DNA of 24,000 nucleotides from Endozoicomonas sp. OPT23 (GTDB lineage Bacteria; Pseudomonadota; Gammaproteobacteria; Pseudomonadales; Endozoicomonadaceae): NCBI RefSeq assembly GCF_009653635.1, contig NZ_PPFD01000003.1, positions 490,955 to 514,954 of the forward strand, read 5' to 3'. Shown piece by piece: positions 23,239 to 24,000 of this stretch (position 1 is its first letter; each line of letters starts with the position of its first letter). The notes under the pieces were generated by a model. It saw only the letters and a program-made list of their open reading frames with translations, ran no database searches and was not told where the DNA came from. The position numbers and the translations under genes were made by a program.

Positions 23239-23859
23239 TTACTTGGAGTACAGCTCGACGATCAAGTTTTCGTTGATGTCGGCAGCCAGATCACTCCGCT
23301 CGGGCAGCACCTTGAAGGTACCTTCCTTCTTGCTGGCATCTACTTCAACCCAGGTAGAGAACCCACGTTGAGCGGCCAGTTCCAGTGCTGCATTGATACG
23401 CAGCTGGTTCTTTGCCTTTTCACGAACAGCAACCACATCACCAGGCTGAACCTGGAAAGATGCGATGTTTACGGCTTTGCCGTTAACTGTGATAGCTTTG
23501 TGGCTTACCAGCTGACGTGCTTCGGCACGGGTGGAACCGAATCCCATGCGGTAAACTACATTATCAAGGCGACCTTCCAGAAGTTGCAACAGGTTTGAAC
23601 CAGTAGCACCCTTCTTGTTGTCAGCAGACTTGTAGTAGTTACGGAACTGCTTCTCCAGTACGCCGTAGATACGACGAACTTTCTGCTTTTCACGCAGCTG
23701 TACACCGTAGTCAGACAGACGACCGCGACGCTGGCCGTGCTGACCTGGAGGAATTTCTGCCTTGCACTTAGAGTCAAGTGCACGAACGCCACTCTTCAGG
23801 AAGAGATCAGTGCCTTCGCGACGAGACAGCTTGCACTTAGGACCAATATATCTAGCCAT
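23239..23859 (-). CDS. rpsD: 30S ribosomal protein S4
   Basis: [33 protein letters not shown]...[14 protein letters not shown] is collinear with E. coli S4. Confidence 0.98.
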   Translation of the reverse strand: MARYIGPKCKLSRREGTDLFLKSGVRALDSKCKAEIPPGQHGQRRGRLSDYGVQLREKQKVRRIYGVLEKQFRNYYKSADNKKGATGSNLLQLLEGRLDNVVYRMGFGSTRAEARQLVSHKAITVNGKAVNIASFQVQPGDVVAVREKAKNQLRINAALELAAQRGFSTWVEVDASKKEGTFKVLPERSDLAADINENLIVELYSK

Positions 23860-23878
23860 TTTTTAAATCGACTCCTGC

Positions 23879-24000
23879 TTATACACGACGCTTTTTAGGC
23901 GGACGGCAACCATTGTGGGGGATCGGGGTAACATCAGTGATGTTAGTGATCTTGTAACCACAAGCGCTCAGTGCGCGTACAGCGGATTCGCGGCCAGGAC
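23879..24000 (-). CDS. rpsK: 30S ribosomal protein S11 (C-terminal 39 aa; the 5' end is off the window)
   Basis: My minus-strand translation reads ...[39 protein letters not shown], with the stop at 23879-23881. It matches the E. coli S11 C-terminus. It is not in the ORF track because it is open to the window edge. Confidence 0.92.
   Translation of the reverse strand, partial: PGRESAVRALSACGYKITNITDVTPIPHNGCRPPKKRRV

Noticed and set aside
1-24000. CRISPR arrays, tRNA or rRNA genes, IS elements, integrases, prophage genes and long dispersed repeats.
   Set aside because: I detected none while reading both strands. Only short local palindromes, one 13-bp tandem duplication and the ssb coding repeat are present. 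An exhaustive computational repeat search could still reveal short dispersed repeats that I missed.

Overview
This is a 24-kb chromosomal window from a gammaproteobacterium. From memory, the RpoA, UvrA, SSB and Rep proteins look Pseudomonas/Oceanospirillales-like, and the uvrA | MFS-ssb arrangement matches Pseudomonas. G+C is roughly 50% by eye.

The backbone is ordinary core genome:
- a partial MBL-fold hydrolase
- rep
- a divergent argO/argP pair
- 5-formyl-THF cyclo-ligase
- a GNAT acetyltransferase
- an SbmA/BacA-type peptide importer
- ssb plus an MFS transporter
- uvrA
- an SDR oxidoreductase
- a bactofilin
- a long KamA-family radical-SAM aminomutase
- an SdaC/TdcC-type (HAAAP) permease
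- the end of the alpha ribosomal operon (rpsK', rpsD, rpoA, rplQ)

I see no tRNA or rRNA genes, CRISPR arrays, transposases, integrases or phage genes. I also cannot identify a multi-gene novel system.

The non-core content is four single-gene insertions between core genes. Each is an orphan ORF I cannot assign to a family, each has a clear Sec signal peptide, and the sequence looks more AT-rich where I hand-sampled it (two of the four ORFs). The most notable is the 461-aa protein at 3240-4625 (-), which ends in the eukaryotic ER-retrieval signal KDEL. That makes it a candidate host-targeted secreted effector or toxin.

Other leads:
- a possible Csr/Rsm-type GGA-motif sRNA with its own terminator (about 19480-19625, +)
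- a 30-codon hydrophobic mini-ORF in a 445-bp AT-rich spacer
- an N-terminally short SbmA clustered with a GNAT and a gene of unknown function
- several palindromic candidate operators

All functional calls rest on my own reading of the translations. No database search was possible.
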